From positions 1 through 30,679 of IMG/VR virus record IMGVR_UViG_3300020402_000143: 30,679 nucleotides of DNA, one strand, 5' to 3'. The notes under the pieces are model-generated. The model was not told the DNA's origin and searched no databases. It saw nothing but the letters and a program-made list of their open reading frames with translations. Of this stretch, positions 1 to 8,127 are shown one piece after another. The translations under genes and the position numbers were made by a program. Source of the DNA: a virus. Taxonomy: Duplodnaviria; Caudoviricetes. The first letter of the stretch is position 1; each line of letters begins with the position of its first letter.

Positions 1-2
1 GA

Positions 3-77
3 ATAAATTATTTTTACATGGCATTTGCTGAACATCCATTTGTTGGGGACGGAACGAGTCCTGTAACTGCGAGGTAG
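3..77 (+). CDS. 3' end (partial) of a tail fibre-like structural protein
   Basis: Open frame reads INYFYMAFAEHPFVGDGTSPVTAR-stop (TAG 75-77). The YxYMAFAExPF...P.TAR ending is typical of marine podovirus tail fibre-like proteins, and a tail assembly chaperone-like gene follows. Confidence 0.7.
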   Translation: MNYFYMAFAEHPFVGDGTSPVTAR

Positions 78-131
78 GGTTGTATATATGAAACAAATAT
101 TTAATAATAGAAACATACGTAAAGGAGTATT

Positions 132-737
132 ATGTCTTGGGCAATAGTAAAAAACAATCAAGTAATTGAAATACTGAATGGTGCAAAAGCTGTAACCATA
201 AATGGTATACAATACCCTAGTAATATTTTTAGTGTATGGCCAAAAGCCGATCTTAAAAATATTGGTATTTATCCAACACAGATTACAAGCACAATAGATA
301 ATAGAACTCATGCAGGAACAGGCGGTGTAACGTATACCATTAATACTGACCACGTAGCTATACACTATAATAAAAAAGAACATGTAATTGAAGATGTTAG
401 TTCAACTGATGATGCTGGGAATTCAATATTAACAACAGGTTTAAAAACTAAACTACTCGCAGAAGTTGATACCAATGCATACAAAGTGTTAGCACCGTCA
501 GACTGGATGACTACACGTCAAATCGAAACTGGTGTAACTATAGCTGACGATTGGAAAACATGGAGAGCTAGTGTACGAACTCAAGCTAAAGCTATGAAGA
601 CGGCTATCAATGCTGTAACAACAATCACTGACGTTCCAGGATTATATGTAACTTATGCAACAGCTAGTGATGGAACAATGACATCTGTGTCTAGTGGTCA
701 TCTATGGCACTGGCCTAAAAATCCAGATGAGGCTTAG
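132..737 (+). CDS. Tail fibre assembly chaperone-like protein
   Basis: AAGGAG RBS at 122-127. C-terminal LAPSDWM...WKTWRASVR...WP motif resembles phage tail assembly chaperones; lies downstream of a fibre gene. Confidence 0.65.
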   Translation: MSWAIVKNNQVIEILNGAKAVTINGIQYPSNIFSVWPKADLKNIGIYPTQITSTIDNRTHAGTGGVTYTINTDHVAIHYNKKEHVIEDVSSTDDAGNSILTTGLKTKLLAEVDTNAYKVLAPSDWMTTRQIETGVTIADDWKTWRASVRTQAKAMKTAINAVTTITDVPGLYVTYATASDGTMTSVSSGHLWHWPKNPDEA

Positions 738-756
738 AGAAAGGTGGAGAGAATAA

Positions 757-2601
757 ATGTCCACCGATACAATTCTATTTGATGTAAATTTCAGACCGGG
801 GATAGACAGAGAGTCTACACAATATGCCTCCAAAGGTGGGTGGTATAATGGTGACAAAGTACGGTTCCGTGCTGGTAAACCAGAAAACATTCGTGGTTAT
901 GAAAAAAGAGTACAAGAAGCATTCATAGGAACAGGTCGTTCATCTCACTCATTTACAAGTAACGAAGCTCTAAAGTATCTTTCGTTCGGCACACCAAGTC
1001 ATCTCTATGTTTATGCTGGTGGTAAGAACAATGATGTTACACCATTACGAACATCAACAACATCGAGTGTCACTTATAAAACAGTGGCTTCTAGCACTCG
1101 TATACTTGTATCATCTACAGGTCATGGAGCTAATGTTGGTGATTATTTTATTCTTGTATCGTCAGCAACTGTTGGTGGTAATCATAGATTTTTAAACAAT
1201 CAGTTTGAAGTTGTATCATCCACACCTACTAATTTTACATTTAATGCTTCGATAGCTTCGTCGGCAACTACAACAATAACAACACGATCTAAGTTTCAAT
1301 TCTATATACACTCTGGTGGTTCACAAAATATTCCTGAACTTGGTTGGGGTATTGGTGTTTATAATGCGGGTGTATCAATTACGGGAGCCAGAGCATGGAA
1401 CAGTCCTGCAAGTATATCCGGTGATGCACAAACACAACCACTACGACAATGGTCACTTGATAACTTTGGTGAAGACTTATTAGCTTTACCACGAGAAGGT
1501 AGATTATACGTATGGGATGAATCATCTGGCACAGGCAACAGAGCCGTGGTTGTATCAACAGCTCCTAGTGCTTCTAACTTTATGTTTGTATCGCAACAAG
1601 ATAGACATGTTATTTGTTTAGGTACACACGGTGTAGCTAGTGGTTTTGACCCAATGTTAGTTAGGTGGTCAGATCAAAACGATTATACAAACTGGAATGT
1701 TAATGTTAGTAGCACATCAGGTGAAAACCAACTAGGTGACGGTAGTGAATTAATAACCGGACTTAACACTCGTAACCAATCACTAATCTGGACGGACAAT
1801 GCTGTACATGCTATGGAGTTTGTTGGTCCACCGTTTATATTTAACTTTAGACAGTTGGGTTCTAACTGTGGTATAGCTGGGCAACATGCAGCAATCGAAC
1901 TTGATGGTCGTATATTCTGGATGGGTGCAAAAGATTTCTTTGTATATGATGGTGCTGTCAAAGCTTTACCATGTACGGTTCGTCGTTATGTTTATAATGA
2001 TTTTAACTTTGATCAAAAAGAAAAAGTGTATGCTGGTACAAACCAAGAGTTCAGAGAAGTAACATGGTTGTATCCAAGTAAAAATGCAACAGAGGTAGAT
2101 CGATATGTAAGTTATAATCCTGTTGAAAACTATTGGACATTTGGTACAACTATATTTACAACATGGGAAGATAAAGAAGTATTTCAAAACGTGATAACAA
2201 CGGGTAGAGAAGCTGACGGCGATAACTATTTATATACAAACGAACCCGAAGATGTTTATACAGCTGATGGTCAGAAACAAGAAGCCTTTCTTGAATCATC
2301 AGAATTTGATACAACTCCACCATCGTATGGACCAGGAGATAACATTATGTACTTGGATAGAATCGTTCCAGACTTTACAATAAATGATGGTGGTCGTGTT
2401 ACTTTAAATATGAAACTTAAAAACTTTCCAAATGGAGAGATTAGAGAAAAGGGACCATTTTTTGTAACACCGACAACACAATTTATAAGAACACGTGCTC
2501 GTAGTCGTCAAGCTATTATTCGTATCTCGACATCTACGGGTGGAACTAACTGGCGACTAGGATCTTTCAGAATGGATGTAACACAAGATGGCAAAAGATA
2601 A
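757..2601 (+). CDS. Tail stabilisation/nozzle protein (P22 gp10-like beta-propeller)
   Basis: 614 aa, beta-rich, with motifs VRWSDQ, LIWTD, GSNCG, IFWMG and WLYPS typical of podovirus tail tube/stabilisation proteins; GGAG RBS; precedes the ejection protein genes. Confidence 0.7.
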   Translation: MSTDTILFDVNFRPGIDRESTQYASKGGWYNGDKVRFRAGKPENIRGYEKRVQEAFIGTGRSSHSFTSNEALKYLSFGTPSHLYVYAGGKNNDVTPLRTSTTSSVTYKTVASSTRILVSSTGHGANVGDYFILVSSATVGGNHRFLNNQFEVVSSTPTNFTFNASIASSATTTITTRSKFQFYIHSGGSQNIPELGWGIGVYNAGVSITGARAWNSPASISGDAQTQPLRQWSLDNFGEDLLALPREGRLYVWDESSGTGNRAVVVSTAPSASNFMFVSQQDRHVICLGTHGVASGFDPMLVRWSDQNDYTNWNVNVSSTSGENQLGDGSELITGLNTRNQSLIWTDNAVHAMEFVGPPFIFNFRQLGSNCGIAGQHAAIELDGRIFWMGAKDFFVYDGAVKALPCTVRRYVYNDFNFDQKEKVYAGTNQEFREVTWLYPSKNATEVDRYVSYNPVENYWTFGTTIFTTWEDKEVFQNVITTGREADGDNYLYTNEPEDVYTADGQKQEAFLESSEFDTTPPSYGPGDNIMYLDRIVPDFTINDGGRVTLNMKLKNFPNGEIREKGPFFVTPTTQFIRTRARSRQAIIRISTSTGGTNWRLGSFRMDVTQDGKR

Positions 2602-2899
2602 CAGAAGAATACCAAGAAAAAAAGGACAACCAGTCGGTAGTAAAAAACACTCTGACTTGTATACCGATGAGAATCCAAAGGGCACTATACGTGGTTTAAA
2701 ATTTACAACGGTTGCAGATGCTAGAGCTTCGGTGGCTAAGATAAAAAGATCAGGTCGTAGTCATGCCCATAAAACACAGGCTGCGATAGCTATGGAACAA
2801 CGAGCTAGAGTTGCAGGTAAAAGTAAACAAGCTGCTGTGTATAGAGCTTTTATAAATCAACAAAAGAAAAAGACAAAACAAAAAAGGAGTGTAGCATAA
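2588..2899 (+). CDS. Small, very basic hypothetical protein (HSDLYTDENPKGTI motif)
   Basis: 103 aa, K/R-rich; overlaps the upstream stop and abuts the next start (TAA-ATG), consistent with a real operon gene. Confidence 0.75.
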   Translation: MAKDNRRIPRKKGQPVGSKKHSDLYTDENPKGTIRGLKFTTVADARASVAKIKRSGRSHAHKTQAAIAMEQRARVAGKSKQAAVYRAFINQQKKKTKQKRSVA

Positions 2900-3304
2900 A
2901 TGGCAGATTATCCAAGATTCCCCAGAATAACACCTAACATGCAAAACAGTTCGACGACGTTTACAACACAAGGAGCATCAGGTTTTGTACCCGCAAAGAC
3001 AGAAACTGTATCGTTTCTTGATGCCGGTAATGCTAATGCTTTTTCAGACGATGCACTTAATAAAATGGAAGCATGGGCTGACTCGTTAAATGATAAACTA
3101 TCAGCTGACCAAGTAAAAATTCGTAATAGTGTACAACAAGATCAGTTTGGATCTATAAGTATACAAGGACGACTAAGACTTAATAGTAACTTAACAAACC
3201 CTGATACGGCAGAAGCTACACCTTTGAAAGGGCAGATTAGATTTAATGCTGCTACCAATAAGTTTCAAGGCTATGATGGTACAGATTGGAGGGACTTTCA
3301 CTAA
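2900..3304 (+). CDS. Small virion structural protein (tail needle/fibre-like)
   Basis: AGGAG RBS; C-terminal GQIRFNAATNKFQGYDGTDW motif common in phage tail fibre/baseplate proteins; position similar to P22 gp26. Confidence 0.55.
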   Translation: MADYPRFPRITPNMQNSSTTFTTQGASGFVPAKTETVSFLDAGNANAFSDDALNKMEAWADSLNDKLSADQVKIRNSVQQDQFGSISIQGRLRLNSNLTNPDTAEATPLKGQIRFNAATNKFQGYDGTDWRDFH

Positions 3305-5403
3305 TGTTCGGAAGTATAGGTAGAAGTGTAGGTGGTTTTTTTAGAGATATAGTTGCGCCGATTGGGCTAGCATTTATTCCAGGAGCAGGTCCATATTTAG
3401 CGGCAGCATATTCTGGTATTAAAACAGGTATTCAAACTGGTAGTCCATTAGCAGGTATTGGCTCAGCTGGTTTAAGTTTAGGTTTGTCTAGTGCATTTAG
3501 AGGACTTACACAAGGCACTGCTACTCCAATGGCTAGCGCAGGTATTGATGCAAGTAAAGTTGCTGGCTCTACTTTTGAGGGAGCATTAGATGCAGGTGCA
3601 ACAGGTCTTAGTGGGAACATAGGTGGTGCGCCAGACTTTATGGCATTGGGATCAAGTTCGGCGGGTAGACTTGCTCAAGGATCGACTGCTTTGGGCGATA
3701 GAATTGGTGCTACGTTTGGAGACATCGGAACAAATGTTGCAACTGGGTTTAAAAATTTAACAGCCGAGGGTGTAACTTTAGGTGGTCAGTTACCGGGGAC
3801 CAAAGATATTTTACCAGAATTTATAACTAAACAATCTCCAGGAACTATAGCTTTAGGCGGCCTTGGTTTACAAATAGCAGCAACACCCCCACCAGAACCA
3901 GCTCCATTTGTTCCAATGCAGCCACAGCGTAGAACCACTGACCTCAGTAAGTATGGCTACAAAGGCCCGCTTGATCGTGGTGAATATACTTATGCTGATC
4001 CAGAGGACATTGCTTATGGTCGAGTCACTCCAGGTTCTTATGGTTATCTTGGCGCTAAAGAGGGTGGTAAAATCAAAGCTCAAGGTGGTGGAGTTATGAT
4101 GCAATCTGGTCCATACAATCCACAGATAGAAGCACAAAAAGGCACATTCCGCCCAACGGGTTCTATGGTTTCGCCACAAGCTGCGCCAGGTATATCTAGT
4201 ATTGCCCAGACCCAACCAATGATGTCAGTTAGTCCACAAAAGATAGCAGGTCTAGCTCAACCCGTAGCTCCAACTATACCAACAACTAATGTACCTATGG
4301 CTCAACCACAAGCACCAGCACCTATGCCAATGCCAGTGCCACAACCACAGCAAGGAGGTATAGAACAACAAGCTCAACAACTAATAAATGATTTACCAAA
4401 AAAAGATATTAATGTTAACATTGATCAGATTCGTCAGTTTATTGGATTAGCTGAAGGCGGTAAAGTACCGACAACCGAAAAAGAATTTGCCAGAATTGGT
4501 GTATATAAAAGACCTGAAGATTATGACTCAAAGAAAATGAATGTTGGTGGTGAAGTTCCAGGCATGGCTAGCCAAGCTCCCGCAGGAATCACAGGACCAA
4601 GTTCTACTGTTGATATGTCTGCTGTTAATTATGGTAAATCTACACCGGGACTACGAAAAAGATTTGATGATGAGATTATAGGTGTTTATGAAAATATGTT
4701 TAGTAATAAAGGCCCACTTTTAGGAGCCGCAGGAAGGTTAATTGGTCAGATGATGATAGACCAACAGGGTGATGCCATGTTTAAATATGCTCAAGACAAT
4801 AATTTACTCAGAGGTCTTGGTGGCACATATCAAGGTCCTTTACAAAGAGGTCCTTATCGTTATCCTTCATCAGCAGAAAATTTAGCATTAGGTAAAGAAG
4901 ATGTTTCTAAAATAGGGTATGAAAGTGTTACGTATCCAGGAGTTGAAAAGATGGAGGTTGATTATTATAACCAAGGTGGAGAAGTAGAATCCAATCAAAC
5001 ATTACAAGAGAATGCATTCGTTATACCAGCAGATGTCGTGGGTCACATAGGTGACGGTTCATCTGATGCTGGTGCTCAAAGATTACAAAGTTATTTGGGT
5101 ATGAACCCGCAGCAGTACCAAGCGGGTGGGATTATGGCGGGTGAACTACAAGGACCGGGTGGTGGTATGGATGATCTTATCCAGACTAGCATCGAAGGTA
5201 AACGAGCCGCAGCTGTTAGTCCACAAGAGTTTGTAGTACCACGAGATATTGTTGCAGAGTTAGGACAAGGTAGTTATGATAAAGGATCGAACAAATTATA
5301 TGCATTGATGAGAAATGTGCGTAAAGCGAAAACAGGAACGACAAAACAACCAGCTGAACTTACAAGAGGTCTAGGACAGTTGATGAGAACAGCGGTTGCT
5401 TGA
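3304..5403 (+). CDS. Internal virion/ejection-type protein with repeated xxGG motifs and a duplicated C-terminal domain
   Basis: Start most likely ATG 3304 (TAATG coupling to the upstream stop) rather than 3286. Gly/Ala hydrophobic N-terminus, Pro/Gln linker, motifs AKEGG, LAEGG, MNVGG, YNQGG, YQAGG, and C-terminal GPGGGMDD...EFVVPRDIVAELGQGS domain. Confidence 0.65.
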   Translation: MFGSIGRSVGGFFRDIVAPIGLAFIPGAGPYLAAAYSGIKTGIQTGSPLAGIGSAGLSLGLSSAFRGLTQGTATPMASAGIDASKVAGSTFEGALDAGATGLSGNIGGAPDFMALGSSSAGRLAQGSTALGDRIGATFGDIGTNVATGFKNLTAEGVTLGGQLPGTKDILPEFITKQSPGTIALGGLGLQIAATPPPEPAPFVPMQPQRRTTDLSKYGYKGPLDRGEYTYADPEDIAYGRVTPGSYGYLGAKEGGKIKAQGGGVMMQSGPYNPQIEAQKGTFRPTGSMVSPQAAPGISSIAQTQPMMSVSPQKIAGLAQPVAPTIPTTNVPMAQPQAPAPMPMPVPQPQQGGIEQQAQQLINDLPKKDINVNIDQIRQFIGLAEGGKVPTTEKEFARIGVYKRPEDYDSKKMNVGGEVPGMASQAPAGITGPSSTVDMSAVNYGKSTPGLRKRFDDEIIGVYENMFSNKGPLLGAAGRLIGQMMIDQQGDAMFKYAQDNNLLRGLGGTYQGPLQRGPYRYPSSAENLALGKEDVSKIGYESVTYPGVEKMEVDYYNQGGEVESNQTLQENAFVIPADVVGHIGDGSSDAGAQRLQSYLGMNPQQYQAGGIMAGELQGPGGGMDDLIQTSIEGKRAAAVSPQEFVVPRDIVAELGQGSYDKGSNKLYALMRNVRKAKTGTTKQPAELTRGLGQLMRTAVA

Positions 5404-5821
5404 GGTAGAAGAGGTTAAATCTTTTGATGATATTGAAGAATTGTTTATGTTATTTCCCGTGGAGATCGAACGAATACCGTTTGAAAACAAATACACGCCA
5501 GAAATACTTAGACAACATATTGAAACAGGAGTGTTAGGTTTGTTAAGAATAAAACATAATGGTAGAATAATCGCAGGTTATGTAATAAAGATAAATGTTT
5601 ATCCAACAACAAAACGATTATTAGAAATATTGTTTATCTTTGGAAGAAACCTTAACTTTCGTGTGGGTAAACAAATATTTAAGAAGCTAGAAGACTTAGC
5701 TCAACAGTTAAAGTTAGATGGCATTGAATTAACCGGTCGTATGCAGTGGAATAAAGTATGCGATAAGCTTGGTTTCGATAACCAACAATTTATACAGAGA
5801 ACAAAATGGCTGACTTATTAA
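5396..5821 (+). CDS. Putative GNAT-fold acetyltransferase-like virion assembly protein (P22 gp14 / T7 gp13-like position)
   Basis: 141 aa with GNAT-like pattern (IIAGYVI...LEILFIFG...LEDLAQQLKLDGIELTGRMQW...LGF); directly upstream of an ejection protein. TTG start uncertain. Confidence 0.6.
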   Translation: MLEVEEVKSFDDIEELFMLFPVEIERIPFENKYTPEILRQHIETGVLGLLRIKHNGRIIAGYVIKINVYPTTKRLLEILFIFGRNLNFRVGKQIFKKLEDLAQQLKLDGIELTGRMQWNKVCDKLGFDNQQFIQRTKWLTY

Positions 5822-8127
5822 AACGATTACAAATTTCTGAACAACAATACGGTGTAGGAATGGAGGACAATCCATTCAAAGATGCATCACCAGATGAGTG
5901 CATGAGTGTATGCTTCGGTGGTGGTGGTGGACGATCACCTCCCCCTCCTCCGCCTCAAACAGTTACTCAACAAACAAGTAACATACCAGAATATTTTCAA
6001 CCGTATTTAGAAAGATTGTTTGAAAGAGCTGAAGCTGTAACAACAGAACCGTTTGAAAGATATGAAGGACAAAGACTAGCTTTACCAAGCCCGCAACAAC
6101 AAGCTGCATATCAAGGTGTTGAAGAAATGGTTGGTGGCTACAAACCATATATCGCTACGGCTGATCTATTGACAGCTCAAGCAGCGCAACAATCAACAGA
6201 CCCAACAGCCATTGCTTCACGTATGAGTCCATACCAACAAGCTGTTGTTGATATACAAAAAAGAGAAGCCTTACGTGATGCTAATAAACTACAACAACAA
6301 ATAGGGGCATCAGCAGTTGGTGCCGGTTCTTTTGGTGGATCACGACAAGCTTTAGCTGAAACAGAATTAGCCAGACAGACTGGACAAAGACTTGCTGACA
6401 TACAAGCCGTTGGATCACAACAAGCTTTTCAACAGGCCATGAATCAATTGTCTGCTGACAGAGCAGCATCACTTGCGGCTGGTCAACAGTTTGCTGGTCT
6501 TGGTGCACAACAACAGCAGTTAGGATTAGCTGGGTTGGGTGCACTTGAAACTGTTGGTGGTACACAACAAGCTCAACAACAAAAAGCACTAGACATCGCA
6601 TATGAAGACTTTGCACGAGAAAGAACTTTCCCATCTCAACAAGTACAAGAGATGTCATCTGTACTTCGTGGATTTAATTTACCAGTATCGACATACACAA
6701 CATCCCAAGCACAACAAGCACCACCAACATTCGGACAACAAGCAGCCGGTCTTGGTCTGGGTGCACTAGGTATCTATGGTGCGGGTAAAGGTGTAGGACT
6801 ATTCGCCGAAGGTGGTGATGTACCTGATAATCCAGGTATTAAAAAGTTAGCTGCCAAAGCTCCACAAGTTGTAGAGAAGATGGGCTTTGATCCACAAGAA
6901 GTTATGAATGCTTACGTTGGTGGACGTATGAACTACGAAGAAGGCGGAGACACTGGTAGTTCTATTTCAAACTTTTTAGAAAGATATGGAACCCCTGCAA
7001 ATATTGCAACAGGAATTGCAGCAGCCTCTCCTTTTTTATATGGGCTTGCCAGAAAAGCTGTTACTCCCTTTAGATTAGCTAAAGATCAATTAGAATTGCA
7101 AAAAAGAATGCAAGGGATGACAAAGGCAGAGAAAAAACTTTATCTTGATAAAGTAGTCAAAGGTAGAAGAGAAAAACTTGCTGACGATCCACCATTTCTT
7201 TTTGGAAGATCGGCTAAAGAAATTGGCCAAAGTATATCGTCAAAAGCTAAAGATATCGCTGGTTCATTCAAAAATAGACTTGGTAGACGAGAGGTTGATG
7301 AAGTTGTTGAGGGTATGAAACAACGTGGAGAAAGTGTTAAAGGTAAATATGATATTAATTTACCAGCAATCGCAGGCAGACCGACAACAGGAACAGGTCG
7401 TTCAACTTTAGAAAGTAATTTACCAGCTGTAGTGACGGGTCGTCCGATGGGTATGGGTACAACACAAGCCATTCTTCGAACTGATCCTACGAGAGATTTA
7501 TTTAATTTAACAGAGGAAGAAATTAATCAAGATCAAGTGCCTCCAGCTGAAAACCAGGTTGATGACGGAGATGACGACAAAAACAAAGTCGTTGAAAGAG
7601 ATACAAGCACACTAGACAGATTAAAAGAATTACTTAGTCAGAAACCAGAAGACATGACAGGTATTAGTCAGGCGGTTGCAGGACTACAAGCATTGACTGT
7701 CGGTGAGAATATTAGAACTGGTCGCACACCACTTAGTCAGATGGGTGCTCAAATTGGTGAAGTCGGTCAGTCGTTTGCAGCTGTTGAAAAAGCAAAAAGA
7801 AATCTTATCAAAGATGAGATTGCCAGCTTAGCTACCCTTGCTGGTCTTGAACAGAAAGAAGCACAAATGAGAGCTGCTGCGGATGAAGCTGCATTAAACA
7901 GAATATTTAACTATCATAAACTAGATATTGAGACACAGCTTGGTGTAATGAAAGCCATAGCTGGTGAGACCGGTGCTAGTCAATTATTAATAAATGATAG
8001 AGATGCATACTTTGATGCAGTTGATGAATTATCCTCTCGAATATCCCGTAAAAAACCTTTAAAGACCAAAGGTGAGGAAATAGGTCAAAGCAGAACAGGT
8101 CAAAAACTTATTAAAACAGGTATATAA
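5806..8127 (+). CDS. DNA ejection (pilot) protein
   Basis: Leader ending CFGGGGG, then SPPPPPP, Gln/Ala-rich helical region with AVGAGSFGGSRQAL motif, a Gly-rich hydrophobic segment and xxGG motifs; typical of podovirus ejection proteins. Confidence 0.65.
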   Translation: MADLLKRLQISEQQYGVGMEDNPFKDASPDECMSVCFGGGGGRSPPPPPPQTVTQQTSNIPEYFQPYLERLFERAEAVTTEPFERYEGQRLALPSPQQQAAYQGVEEMVGGYKPYIATADLLTAQAAQQSTDPTAIASRMSPYQQAVVDIQKREALRDANKLQQQIGASAVGAGSFGGSRQALAETELARQTGQRLADIQAVGSQQAFQQAMNQLSADRAASLAAGQQFAGLGAQQQQLGLAGLGALETVGGTQQAQQQKALDIAYEDFARERTFPSQQVQEMSSVLRGFNLPVSTYTTSQAQQAPPTFGQQAAGLGLGALGIYGAGKGVGLFAEGGDVPDNPGIKKLAAKAPQVVEKMGFDPQEVMNAYVGGRMNYEEGGDTGSSISNFLERYGTPANIATGIAAASPFLYGLARKAVTPFRLAKDQLELQKRMQGMTKAEKKLYLDKVVKGRREKLADDPPFLFGRSAKEIGQSISSKAKDIAGSFKNRLGRREVDEVVEGMKQRGESVKGKYDINLPAIAGRPTTGTGRSTLESNLPAVVTGRPMGMGTTQAILRTDPTRDLFNLTEEEINQDQVPPAENQVDDGDDDKNKVVERDTSTLDRLKELLSQKPEDMTGISQAVAGLQALTVGENIRTGRTPLSQMGAQIGEVGQSFAAVEKAKRNLIKDEIASLATLAGLEQKEAQMRAAADEAALNRIFNYHKLDIETQLGVMKAIAGETGASQLLINDRDAYFDAVDELSSRISRKKPLKTKGEEIGQSRTGQKLIKTGI

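Noticed and set aside
78-120. Possible promoter TTGTAT...AATAAT
   Set aside because: Poor -10 match in very AT-rich DNA; not distinguishable from chance.
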